A stretch of DNA of 64,000 bases from Blastocladiella emersonii ATCC 22665 (Eukaryota > Fungi > Blastocladiomycota). The stretch lies in contig JANHCV010000008.1 in assembly GCA_025594325.1 (NCBI GenBank), positions 310,001 through 374,000 on the forward strand, given 5' to 3'. A program made the translations under genes and the position numbers. Below the pieces are notes generated by a model that was not told the origin of the DNA, searched no databases, and saw nothing but the letters and a program-made list of their open reading frames with translations. Positions 1-10,922 of this stretch are shown piece by piece (the stretch's first letter is position 1; each line of letters opens with the position of its first letter).

Positions 1-14
1 CGGGGCACGGCGCG

Positions 15-1160
15 ATGGCGGGCGGCAGTGCGGCGGGTGGGGGTGCGACGCTCGTCCTGGTCTCGGCGTGTGGGTTCCTCGCGGAAAAGCCCGCGGCAAG
101 AGCGCGTTTCGCGCGGATGGTCGCGTCGCTCGCCCGGTCGCCGAGTAAGCGTGTCAAGCAGGACTCGGCGGCGGTCGCGGAAGACGACGAGCCGTTGGTG
201 GATGATGACGACGACGATCTCGCGTCAACCGTTTCTTCGGCCGCCCCGGCGTGGACGACCAACCCGCTCTCGCCCGGCCTGTGCCGCGTCACCGCTTTGT
301 CCACGGCGCACCACGAACCCGCTCCCGCAAAACGCACCCGCCCCGCGGCGTCCGTCATGTCGTCGCACGCGCTCCCGGGCCCCGTGCTGCTGCGGTTCGC
401 GCACCTCGAGGACGCGCACGTGTTCGCCGACATTCTAACGGGCCGGTGCGCGCGCGACGACGACGAGCTCGTGTCGGTCGCGTCGCCCGAGGCCCCGCCG
501 CCGCGCGAGGTGCTGTCGCCCGAGGACGCGGCGGTCGCGCGGTACCTGACGATCGACGAGGCCGACGCGGTGCCGCCCGTCCCGCCGCTCCCCGCGTCGC
601 CGTGCTTCACAGAGTACACGTCCGCGAGCTCGTCGTCGTCGTCGAGTTCGGCGTCCTCGGTCTCAGGCTTCGGCGCTCCGCTCGCGGGTAACCGCAACAC
701 GATCCTGTTCCCGCCGCGCAGCCACTCGCGCCGCCCGTCGGCCCCCGCGTTCGCCAACCCGCTCCCGACCAAGCAACACCCGCACCCGATGCCGTGGCCG
801 TTCGCCGAACACGGTCTCGCGAGCCCTCCCCCAACCCCGCCCGCGTGGCGCACGCAGCACGGGCACGGCGACCCGCCGCACCGCCCGCAGTCGGCCCCGC
901 TCCTCCGCGGGTCCCTCGACGCGGACCCCGGCGCGCGGCTCGAGATGCGCCGCATGCACGAGGCGCTGCGCGGGATCCAGGAGAACCAGCGCCGCGTGAA
1001 TGCGCGGCGCGGGTCGGCCGCGTCGTCGGTTGCGGCCGCGGCGGCGTGCGCGGTGGCGGTCGAAGGCGGGGTCGGGGCGCTGGCGCCCGTCGACGAGGAG
1101 GAGGCCGTGATGGACGCGTACGACGAGGAGGCTGTGATTGACGCGTACCTCGCCGCCTGA
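15..1160 (+). CDS. Hypothetical low-complexity (Ala/Pro/Ser-rich) protein, possibly 5'-incomplete
   Basis: 381 aa ORF with host-like GC3-rich codons; stop at 1160 followed by an AT-richer 43 bp gap before the convergent gene's stop. No recognisable domain. Confidence 0.45.
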   Translation: MAGGSAAGGGATLVLVSACGFLAEKPAARARFARMVASLARSPSKRVKQDSAAVAEDDEPLVDDDDDDLASTVSSAAPAWTTNPLSPGLCRVTALSTAHHEPAPAKRTRPAASVMSSHALPGPVLLRFAHLEDAHVFADILTGRCARDDDELVSVASPEAPPPREVLSPEDAAVARYLTIDEADAVPPVPPLPASPCFTEYTSASSSSSSSSASSVSGFGAPLAGNRNTILFPPRSHSRRPSAPAFANPLPTKQHPHPMPWPFAEHGLASPPPTPPAWRTQHGHGDPPHRPQSAPLLRGSLDADPGARLEMRRMHEALRGIQENQRRVNARRGSAASSVAAAAACAVAVEGGVGALAPVDEEEAVMDAYDEEAVIDAYLAA

Positions 1161-1202
1161 TTGTATATACATAAAAAGTCTCCATTTTATACCACCCCAC
1201 CG

Positions 1203-4004
1203 TCAGCTCTTCATGTAATCCGCAAGCACCGCCGCATCGTCGTCCCCATCGATCCCGAGCTGCGTCGCGCGCACCTGCGTCCGGTACTCGATGGCGTCGA
1301 GGTTGAGCGACGACCCGCGGGACTCGGGCTTCTGGCCGCCGAGCATCCGCGTCGAGCTGAGCTGCGGCGTCAGGCCGTCCGGGAACCGGTGCCGCGGAGG
1401 TTGTAGTTGTTGGTCTTGCGCGGGGTTGCGGAGCCACGTCGCGCGCGCGGTCACGGCGGGGGAGACTTGGTAGTGCGAGCTACACGCACACGGACACGCA
1501 GGGTCAGTTCGTGGCCATGGTCGTCGTTCACGGTCGAAACCGTACCTCGTCGGCCGCTGCGGCGGCCCGCCGCCGCCGCCCGGGACAAAGTGCGACGCGG
1601 CGCCCGGCAACGCCCCGCCGCCCATCACGCTCCGCCGCCCGCCCTGCATCTCGCTCTCGAGCCGCGCCTGCTCCTGCTGCACCGCGCGCTGCGTCTCGCG
1701 GAGAAGCACGTCGAGCGCCGCCTGCGCCGCGGGGGCCGTGAGGCCCGCGCTAGCGCCCGCGGGTGATGGGACAAGCGACGACCGACGACGACGACGACTG
1801 ACGGAAGGCGCGCGCGCGACGCCTTGCTCGATCACCGTGATGGGCGCGCCCGCGGCGGTGGCGGACGCGAGTTGTTCTTGTTCTTGACGCCGCGCGACAG
1901 CCGGGAGCGGCAGCGACGCGGAGCCCGCGGGCGGCGGCGACACGGTGGTGGTGGTGGCCGTGGTGGGTGCGGCGTCGGGAGGGACGGTGCCGCCGTTGGC
2001 CGCGAGCCGCTTGGCGACGGCCGGGAGCGGCGGCGAGGCCGCGCGGGGCGGGCCCGCAGGCGGTGCGGCTGCATGGTCGGTCGGCGGCGGTGTTGTCCGA
2101 TCGGCCTACACCCACAAGCTCGAAAGTCAGTACACAAGAGCGACAAACCGTGTCGGTACCAAACGTACCCGCTGGACATGCCGATTCTTCCTCCGCCTCG
2201 CCTTCTCCTCGGCCTCGGCGCGCAACTTCTCCTCGGCCGAATCCCCTCCACCCCCGCCCTCCGCCGCCAGCCTTCTCCTCTTCTCCTCGGCCTCGATCTT
2301 CGCCTTCTCCTCGGCCTCCTTCTTCCGCTTCGCCTCCTCCTCGCGCTCGCGCGCGTGCCGCGCCTCGAGCTCCTGCATCTCGGCCGCGAGCCGCGCCGCC
2401 TCGCGCGCATCGGCCTCGCGCTCGCGCGCCGCTTCCTCGGCTTTCGCGCGCTCCTTCGCCTCCATCTGCGCGCGCAGGTCGGCTTGCAGGGTTAGGGTGG
2501 CGGCCTGCTTCTTGGCGGCCTCCTCGCGCTGCCAGGCCGGGACGGTCGACGGGTCGATGTGCCCGCGCAGGTGTGAGGTTTTGGGCGAGGTCAGGGCGGC
2601 GGGGGCGGGGGTTGAGGTGGAAGGGGGTGGGCCGAAGCCGAGGGCCGATAGCGGGTTGGCGGCGACGGGCGCGGCGGCGGGAGGCGCGAGGACGAGGCCC
2701 GCGAGCCCCGCGCGCACGAGGGCCTCGTTAGCGAGCGCCATGGCGCGCGCGATCGTCGCTGGGTCCTCGCCCCCACCCACACCCGCACCCACCCCGCCTT
2801 GCTGTGCCGCCGCCGCGACCGCCCCCCTCGTCCCCACGACCGACCCATCGGCATTCCTTACGGGCGCCCCCGCTCCCGCGCGCCCGTACGGGTTATACCC
2901 GTCCGCTTCCGCCATCCCCTTGGCATCGGCCGCGTGCCGCGCGGCGCGCTCGGCCTCGTCGCGCCGCTTCTTGTCCTGGACCTGCGCCTCGAGGTCGCGC
3001 TGGTACGCGAGCTGGCGCGCGCGGTCGCGGTCGCGCGCGTGCGGGTCGGACGCGCCGATCGCGGTGACGGAGACGGAGGTTGGTGGAGAGGTTTGGGAAG
3101 GGGAGTGCAGCATGCGGCGGGCGGTGTGCAGCGGCTCGCGCGCGGGTGGTGGGTTGTAGGGTTGAGGTGGCGGGGCGTACTGCTGCTGCGCGGGTGGTGG
3201 TGGTGCGTACTGCTGCTGCTGCGGCGGTTGTTGGTATTGTTGAGGTGGCGGAGCGTAGTACGCGTGCTGCGGCGCGGGATACCCGACGGGCGGCGCGGGG
3301 TACCCGTAGATGGCGCCGGGCGGCCCTTGCTGCGGGTACCCATACCCGTACGGCATCGGCGGGGGTGGTGGCGGCATCGCGTAGCCCGGGTGGTAGTACC
3401 CGGCCATGCGCGGGTCGGTGGTGGGGCCGGGCCACCCGCCGCCGCCGCCATACGCGGGTTGCTGCTGGATCGGCGGGAGCCGGTACCGCGGATCGAGCTC
3501 GCCCCCGCCGCCACCGCCGTCGTCCTCAGCATCCTGGAACCGGACCGAGCTGCTACTCCTCGCCCCCGGCTGCGGCGGGGGTTGGTCCCACTGCGACCTC
3601 CCACCCCCACCCGCCTCAGCGCGCCGCCCAAACGTCGGCCCGTTCCCGCCGATACTCGTGGTACTCGGCGCCGACCGAATCCCGACCGCCGCGCCCGCGG
3701 CGTTCACGTCTCGTCGGACCGCGGGCGACGATCCGGGCCTCGCCACCCCGACACCCTCGTCATCGACGCGCGATCGCCGCGTGGTGCGTGGCGCGCGCGC
3801 CTGCGCCTCGAGGAACCGGCGCAGGTCTTCCTTCTCCTGCTCGCGGCGCGCGCGGGCGCGGTCCTCGGCGGGGTCGCGCCGCGAGCCGAACATCCATTCG
3901 TCGGTTCCAGCGGAGCGGCGGGAGGAGGTGGAGGAGGTGGGGCGGGGGCCGGTGAGCGAGGGGAGGGACGGGATGGAGCTGTTGGAGAGGCCCGGGAGTG
4001 CCAT
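1203..4004 (-). CDS. CSPP1/CCDC66-like coiled-coil centrosomal/ciliary protein (spliced)
   Basis: ORFs 2127-4004 and 1203-1943 join in frame through intron 2106-2168 (GTACGT..TGTAG); probable in-frame intron 1480-1545. The motif LAYQRDLEAQVQDKKRR...YNPYGRAGAGAPVRNADG resembles the CSPP1 YNPWGKGGGGAP motif, followed by an E/R-rich coiled coil. Confidence 0.65.
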
Positions 4005-4078
4005 TGTAGTTGCATGGGATGGTTTGAGGTTAGACGGAGAGGGGAGGAAGAGGGAGGAAGCGGAGCGACGGCGAGCGA

Positions 4079-4125
4079 GAGACGCGTCGCGCGATGGTCA
4101 GGGGCGCGTGGAGCGTCAGGTGATG
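4079..4125 (+). promoter_or_regulatory. Bipartite promoter motif GAGACGCGTC(T)GCGCGAT..GCGTCAGGTGATG
   Basis: Near-identical module at 8644-8681; both lie about 100-120 bp upstream of a + strand ATG in head-to-head intergenic regions. Confidence 0.5.
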
Positions 4126-4225
4126 ATGCACTCTGAAAGTGGCGGCGGCCGCCGATCGCTCGCCTTCGCCTCTTTCGTCTCTCCTCTCCCTTCCCTACTC
4201 TAGCCTTCAACCGACGACACCCGCC

Positions 4226-5254
4226 ATGAACTCTGATCCACCGCCCGCGCTCCCCACGTCCGCGAACCCGTCGCTCCCGCCGCTCGCAACCTCCCGATCC
4301 ACCGAGCTCGCCGCGCTGTGGGCCGGGTACGGCGCGCTGCACCGCGTCTCGGCGCCCGTCGTGCGCGGCGGCCCGTTGGTCCCGCTGGTCCTCAAGCAGA
4401 TCGACCTTTCGGGGGGAGCCGACGACACGTCCCTGTCGCACCGGCGCAAGGTCGCGAGCTACGCCGTCGAGACCACCTTCTACCTCCACTACGCCCCCTC
4501 GCTCCCCGCGTCCGTCCCCGTCGCGCAGGCGTACGCGTCGCGCACCGCGGTCGCGAAGACGGGCAGCGTGATCGAGGGCGTCGGCGACGGCGGCCGCTAC
4601 CCGGCGTACTCCAGCCTGACGCTCGCGCTCGCAGACCTGTCGCCGTCGTTCCCCGTCGACGGCGATTCCCAAAGCCCGCTCAACCGCGCGGCCGCAGGAG
4701 TCGTGCTGACGTGGCTCGCGCGGTTCCACGCGCACTTTTGGGGTTTCACGGGATCCGGCGTCTGGCGGCGCGGCGGGTACTGGTACCTCGCGACGCGCCC
4801 CGCCGAGCACGCGCGCGCGCTACGGTCGCCGGTGCACGCGTGGCTCGCGGCCAAGGCGGACAAGTGGGACAAGTATTTGGAGGAGACGAGTGTGGCGCTG
4901 GTCCACGGCGACGCCAAGTGCGCCAACGTGCTGTTTTCGTCCAGCGTCAGCGAGTGCGCGTTCGTCGACTTCCAGTACGTCGGCCGGGGCAACCCGATGA
5001 GCGACGTGGCCAAGCTGCTCGCGACGTCGGTCGAGGTCGAGGGCACGCAGCTCGAAGGGTGGGTGCGCGACGTGTACTACCCGGCGCTCGTCGCGGCAAA
5101 ACCCGACGTGGGCGTGACCGCCGACATGGTGTGCGAGTGGGCCGAGGTCGCGATGCTCGACTGGGCGCGGTTCGCGGCCGGGTGGGGGTGGTGGGGTAAC
5201 GTCAAGTGGGTGCACGCCGTGGTCGCGGGGCTAAGGGCGAAGTGGGACACGTAG
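4226..5254 (+). CDS. Ecdysteroid kinase-like / choline kinase / APH-family phosphotransferase
   Basis: Brenner motif HGDAKCANVLF, metal-binding VDFQYVG, SDVAKLL and GGYWYLATRP; likely ATG at 4226. Confidence 0.8.
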   Translation: MNSDPPPALPTSANPSLPPLATSRSTELAALWAGYGALHRVSAPVVRGGPLVPLVLKQIDLSGGADDTSLSHRRKVASYAVETTFYLHYAPSLPASVPVAQAYASRTAVAKTGSVIEGVGDGGRYPAYSSLTLALADLSPSFPVDGDSQSPLNRAAAGVVLTWLARFHAHFWGFTGSGVWRRGGYWYLATRPAEHARALRSPVHAWLAAKADKWDKYLEETSVALVHGDAKCANVLFSSSVSECAFVDFQYVGRGNPMSDVAKLLATSVEVEGTQLEGWVRDVYYPALVAAKPDVGVTADMVCEWAEVAMLDWARFAAGWGWWGNVKWVHAVVAGLRAKWDT

Positions 5255-5300
5255 CGGAGTTGTATGTCACAATTAGATAGATGGTGTGGTGTTGAATGAA

Positions 5301-5621
5301 CTAGTCGGACGAGCGCGGCGATGGTGGGAGCACGCGGACACGGACACTCGCCGCGGGCGTGAACGGCCACGGGCACTTCCCCGAACTCGCGAGGCACGCC
5401 GCGACGCCGCGCTTCGGCTCACTATCCTCGTCCTTGGTCCGCATCATCGACTCTGGGTCCTCGTCGCCCAGGATCGTGCCCTTGGACGCGCCGGCGACGG
5501 GGCACGGTAGCAGCGTCGGCGCGGCGACCGTCAGCACCGCCGTCAGCGCCGTCACCCACACGAGCGACGACGACAGGCTGCGCCGCTGCGCGTACGACAG
5601 CGACATGGACCGGTAGAACAT
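5301..5621 (-). CDS. COA2-like small mitochondrial membrane protein (cytochrome c oxidase assembly factor)
   Basis: Basic N-terminus, one hydrophobic helix (LVWVTALTAVLTVAAPTL) ending in LPCP, as in fungal Coa2. Confidence 0.45.
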   Translation of the reverse strand: MFYRSMSLSYAQRRSLSSSLVWVTALTAVLTVAAPTLLPCPVAGASKGTILGDEDPESMMRTKDEDSEPKRGVAACLASSGKCPWPFTPAASVRVRVLPPSPRSSD

Positions 5622-6154
5622 GGCGTGGTGCTTGGTGGCGGGGGTTCCTCGTTCCGGGTGCAGTTACTGGTGCAGTTGGCGGATCGCGAGCGGCCGGACA
5701 GACGGTCAGGTAGTGCTTGATGCGTTGCAGAAGGTCGTGTGGGTGGCCCTGGTCTAGCGGTGGGCGCAAGGGGGAAGGGCAAGCGACAAGGTCGGTGAGC
5801 GACTTTTTGGCGTAGTGGCGCTGCTGCAGGAACATGATGGCAAGAGGCTGCGATCCACACGTGTTGCCAGCCGATGGGTATTGCGATGCCTCGCGTTTCC
5901 CCTGCTCAATCGGCGTACCTCGAAAAGGAGCGTAATGGTATGTGAGAGTATACGCGGGCTTTCCTAGTCGTATCAACTACATTTCATGAGTGGGGAGGCG
6001 AGAACGAGCGACCTGGCGACGGCCCGTGTGACGTCGCGTGAGCCGCGACGCCGCATCACTTCACTTCTCTTCGCTTCGCCATCAACTTTCGCCGCCACAC
6101 CAGCCGGCGCTCTCCTCGCCCAACCGCAGAACCTGCTACGCATCGACCACGACC

Positions 6155-7051
6155 ATGACCGGCAAGAAGAAGTCGGCCCCGCGCAGACCCACGCCCAAGC
6201 ACAAGACGTCGAAGCCCGCCGCCACCACCATGACCACCGCCGCCCCCGCTGCTGCCCCCGCCCCCGCCCCCACCCGCCGCCGCCCGCCCGCCGCGACCTT
6301 CGCCCCCGTCCCCATCGACGGCGCCGAACCCCTGCAAATCGCGCGCGACTGTCCCGCGTGCGGGATCAAGACGTCCGCGGTGGCGATCCTCGTCCGCCTG
6401 CCGCACTGGGACCGCGAAGTCGCCGCGACGCGCCACTCGTGCCACGAGTGCCGGCACGTGTCGACCAAGTACACGGTGGGCGTGATGCCGACGGCCGCGC
6501 GCGGCGTCCGCCACACGCTGCACGTGCGGCACCCGCGCGACCTCGACCGCGAGATGCTCAAGTCCGAGTACGCGGTGCTGTCCGTCCCGAAACTCGGGCT
6601 GCAGTTGACGGAGGAGGCGATGGCGGGGACGCTGTGCACGGGGCGCGAGCTGCTGGGTTTCATCCGGAACGATGTGGCCGGGAACTACGCGCGCGCGATG
6701 GCTGAGGGCAAGGTCGAGGAGGGGGATGACCAGATCACGGCGCTGCGCCAGTTCCTCGAGCAGCTGTCGGCGCTCCTTGCGCTCGACGTCGATGGCGACG
6801 AGGAGGTGGAGGACCATCTCGTGGCGGCGGGCCTCGCGACGGCCGACGCGCCGTTCGTCATCGAGATCGAGGACCCCGCGGGCAACTCGTACATCCAGCC
6901 GCTCGGCGAGCACGACAACGCGCTGACGGTGGCCGAGTTTGACCGGACCCCCGAGCACGAGGCCAAGTGGGCCGAGCACGAGGAGTCGGCGTTTGCGGCG
7001 CCCGAGGCCGACGCGGCGGTGGCGGAGACCGAGGCCAAGGCCGACGAGTAG
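6155..7051 (+). CDS. ZPR1: ZPR1 zinc-finger family protein with a single ZnF + A/B module
   Basis: CPACG...SCHECRH zinc finger, RDLDREMLKSEYAVLSVPKL, GTLCTG, PFVIEIEDPAGNSYIQ; ATG 6155 with a Lys-rich N-terminus. Confidence 0.85.
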   Translation: MTGKKKSAPRRPTPKHKTSKPAATTMTTAAPAAAPAPAPTRRRPPAATFAPVPIDGAEPLQIARDCPACGIKTSAVAILVRLPHWDREVAATRHSCHECRHVSTKYTVGVMPTAARGVRHTLHVRHPRDLDREMLKSEYAVLSVPKLGLQLTEEAMAGTLCTGRELLGFIRNDVAGNYARAMAEGKVEEGDDQITALRQFLEQLSALLALDVDGDEEVEDHLVAAGLATADAPFVIEIEDPAGNSYIQPLGEHDNALTVAEFDRTPEHEAKWAEHEESAFAAPEADAAVAETEAKADE

Positions 7052-7093
7052 TGTGAAGTCGACTGTATTGCTAGTATCCCATAAACCCCCGAT

Positions 7094-8235
7094 TTACTCC
7101 AACCCAAACACCTTATACACGCCCTGCACCGCCAAAAAGATCATGGGCTGGAACACGACCATGTACCGCAGCAGGTCGACGAGCTGCAGGTAGTAGGCCT
7201 GGGCGCGGTCCCACGGGTGGGTCTGGAACGGCGCCAGGTCGACGCGCTCGCCGCAGTACGGGCACGACGCCTTCTTCCCGATGATGGTCCACCCGCGCAG
7301 GCACTGCGAGTGGAACTTGTGCCGGCAGTTGAGCATGTACGTCGGGTTCGGGTCGTCGCCGTCCTCGGGGGAGGTGTCGGGGGTCGGAAGACCGGTGGCG
7401 GGGCGGCCGACGTGGTCGCCGCATACCGCGCACACGTTTTCGCGCAACTATTCCAAGAAAACAATGTCAGTGCGTGAGAGCGGGGTCACGGGCGAAGGTG
7501 ACGACGTACGTATTTCTGCGGCAGCCCCTCCTTGGAATAGTACCCGATGCCGCTCGCCATGTGGTCGGACAGCACCTCGACGAGGTCGCGGCTCAGCACG
7601 CCGAAATACAGGCCGTAGAAAAGCAGCAGCATCGAGAACCCGAACACGTCGGGCCCGTTGAAGAAGAGGTTGGTGATGCCGAGGACCGTCAGGACGAGAA
7701 GCGTGTAGCCGACTAGAATCCCCCCAAAATAGTCAGCGCGAGTTCATGGAGGTAGGAACACGAAGGTAGTACCAATGCCGAGCGCATAGCACACCTGATA
7801 CACCGCCGAGAACCACCGGTACACGGCGCGCGGCGTGCCCGCCGAGATGGGCCGGCGGCTCGCGCGGTAGACGACCCACGAGTTGGCGACCGCAAACAGC
7901 CCATAAATCGTGACAAACCGCGTGAACCCGGCATTCACGGCCAGCACCAGCGGGACGACCGCCAGCCCCGCGAGCGACGCGTACGTGTACGACTTGGGCC
8001 GCCGCCGCCGCCACTCGATTAGCAGCACCTGCATCCCGACCAGCGACGCCAGCAGGATCAGCACCATGGCGAGGTGCGTGCCCTCGTGCCCCGCGTGCTT
8101 GCGCATGAACTCGCGCTCTTCGTCCGAGAGGGGTGGGTTGACGAGCGGGGCTTGCAGGATGTCGCCGCCGGGCGGGTAGTCGGCCGCGGCAGTCGCACCC
8201 GAGTTCGCGGCGCCCGCGAGGGTGGTTGATGACAT
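7094..8235 (-). CDS. RNF121: RNF121/RNF175-like membrane RING E3 ligase (3 exons)
   Basis: HAGHEGTHLAMVLIL, several TM helices, LYFGVLSRD exon and C-terminal RING-H2 CAVCG...CRHKFHSQCLRGWTIIGKKASCPYC; introns about 7714-7769 and 7446-7510. Confidence 0.85.
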
Positions 8236-8799
8236 TGCAGCGAGTGTATGTAGTTGATGCGTGGGTGTGCTAGTGTGAGGGAGGAGAGGAGTGGCGGGTG
8301 GCGAGGGGAGCGCTTCGCCACACGGCCTGCCGCCGCCGCCGACCACGGCCCACGCCGACGCGTGCACTCAAACCCTATTCCCCGTGCTCATTGTATTTAC
8401 AGCTCCACAACGCGGAATAGGTCCTAATACTCGGACGATGGGGCTTCGTAGCGGGCAACTGGCTCAAGTCAAGGGCAGACTATTCTGGCGAGAATCTGGC
8501 GAGAATCTGCCAAGAACGGCGCGGTTGAGGCCCGTCCCGCCTCTCGACTGCCGCCGAGAACCACACTACACCCTCGAGCGCATACTCCAGCGTATCGCCG
8601 TGCCACCCCTTCGCGGAGGGCACCCCCGCGCCCCGGAAACCGCGAGACGCGTCTGCGCGATCAGCTGGGCGTCAGGTGATGCCGTCTCCACCCGTCGTTT
8701 TCCCTTCGTGTCGCTCATCCCAGCGCTCCTCCGCCCTCTCTCTCTCTTCGAGGACCCCCCGTGGTCAACGTCGACGGATTCGCATGCACCACCACGGCC

Positions 8800-10863
8800 A
8801 TGGCCGACTTTGACGACCTTGACGACTTTTTGTACGGCGGCGCCGACGAGCCGAGCGTCGCCCCCGCCAGCGCGCCTGCGTCAGCGGCCGCGGCGGCGGC
8901 AACGGTAGCTTCCGATGTTCCGGCCGAGCCCTCCAAGGCGGCGGTCGAGAGCATGGACGTGGACACCTCGTCGACGACGGAAGACGCGCCGCCGAACCAG
9001 CAGCCCGACGAGCCCATGTTCATGGACGGGATCTCGGACGGCGAGGACGAAGAGAGCAGCGGCGACGATGTACGTTTGATCGGGCGGAGTGCGTGTGGGC
9101 GTTGATCTAACCCGTGGGAGCGTGTAGGATATCGATATCGTGCTCGACGCGGCCGACACGCCGGCTTCTGCCGACGGAAAGCCGGGCGCAGAGTACGTTG
9201 CTCGCCGCCAGCTGGTGGCGATCGCGAAGTGCTAACGGCTCGTGTGTGTGTAGAGCGTCGCTCGTCACGCTCAAGCCCGGGCAGCCTGGATCCTCGGGTA
9301 CGCTCCGCGCCCGCCCCCCGCCCGACCACCTGCGCGTCTAACCCTCTCCCTCCTTAAGCCTCGGCCAACGCCGCCGCCCAGTCCTCGACCGCGGCCGCGA
9401 CCGCCGCCGCCGTGGCCGCAGCGTCCGTCGACTTTGTGGACCTCGACGCGCCCGCCCTGTACGAGGGCAAACCCATCACCGAGGTGCCCGTCGAGTCGTT
9501 TGACGACAAGCCGTGGCGCCGCCCCGGCGAGGACATCACCGACTACTTCAACTACGGGTTCAACGAGGACACGTGGCGCATGTACTGCGACCGCCAGCGC
9601 GTGCTGCGCGAGGAGCAGACGACGCGGCGGCGCATGGGGGTACGTTTTTCAGTCTTCGCTTTTCGGGTCTCTGTGTGCTCACTTCTTGGTTGTAGCTCCA
9701 CACTCTGCCCTCGAGTACCAGCACCGCCGGCGCGGGGCACGCGTCGCTCCCGCCGATCCCGCGCGGCCACGGCCTGCCCGCGGTCCCGCCGCCGCTCCCT
9801 CTCCCGCCTCCGCCGAACAACAACAACAACAACAACGGCCTGCCGCACGCGCCGTCGTCAGTCCCCACGCCCGCGACCGCGACCGCGACGCCCGTCCCGC
9901 CCGGCGGCCTGCCCGCGGGCATGCGCGTCCGCGTCGCCGCGCCCGCGCCCGGCGCGCTGCCCGCCGGCATGTCGATCGCGGGGCGCGCTGGCGCGGGGCT
10001 GCCGCGCCCGCCTGCCGCGGGGCCGGGTGAGATGGGGATGATGAATGGGGGTGGTGGAGGGCGGCCGGGTGGGATGCCGCCTGGCATGCACCAGCAGATC
10101 CAGCAGCACGTGGGGATGGGAACGGGGATGGGGCAGCGGCCCGGGTCGGCGGGGATGAACCGGTACGCTTAGCTCAGTTTTCGACTCTCTCGCGACGAGA
10201 AGCTAACCAGAACGAACCCTGTCTAGCCCGCGCTCGCCGCAACGCACGCCCAGCGCCTCCTCCTCCGCGCCCGGCGCTACCACCACAACGGCGACGGGCG
10301 CCACCGTGTCGCCCGCGCTCTCGGCCGCGCCCGCGTCCCCCGCCATGTCGTCGGCATCGGCTGCCGACCGCCGCCGCGCGGGTGGCGGGAGCAGCTCGAA
10401 CCTGTCGGGCCGCGAGCGGGAGCGGGATCGCGATCGCGAACGTGAACGGGAGCGTGACCGTGACCGTGACCGGGATCGGGACCGCGACCGTGAACGTGAA
10501 CGGGACCGCGATCGCGATCGCGACTCCCGCCGTCGTGGAAGCGACCGGGATCGTGACCGTAGCGACCGCGACCGCAGCGACCGCGACCGTGACCGTGACC
10601 GCAGCGACCGCGAAAGCCGCCGCGATCGCGACACCCGCCGCAGCGACCGTGACCGCGACCGGTCGGACCGCGAGCGCGAGCGCGGCGACCGTAGCGAGCG
10701 CAGCAGCAAGCCCGGGTCGCGCAGCCGCGACCGCACGCCCGTGTCGACGTCCCGCGCGAGCGCGAGCGGTGGCGGTGGCGGGGTGGGACGTGCGGCGAGC
10801 AGTTCGCGGTCCCGCTCGCGCAGCCGCAGTTTGAGTCCGCCGCCGCGCGCTGGGCGGCGTTGA
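8800..10863 (+). CDS. FIP1: Pre-mRNA 3'-end processing factor FIP1 (6 exons) with C-terminal RD/RS repeat tail
   Basis: Fip1 motif [28 protein letters not shown]; acidic N-terminus; introns about 9070-9127, 9193-9253, 9298-9357, 9640-9694 and 10163-10227; (RD)n region 10420-10690. Confidence 0.9.
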
Positions 10864-10922
10864 GGAGACGGGTGATGGTGGAATGAACACTGATGTTGCT
10901 CTGGATTGTATTGCGAGAAGAT

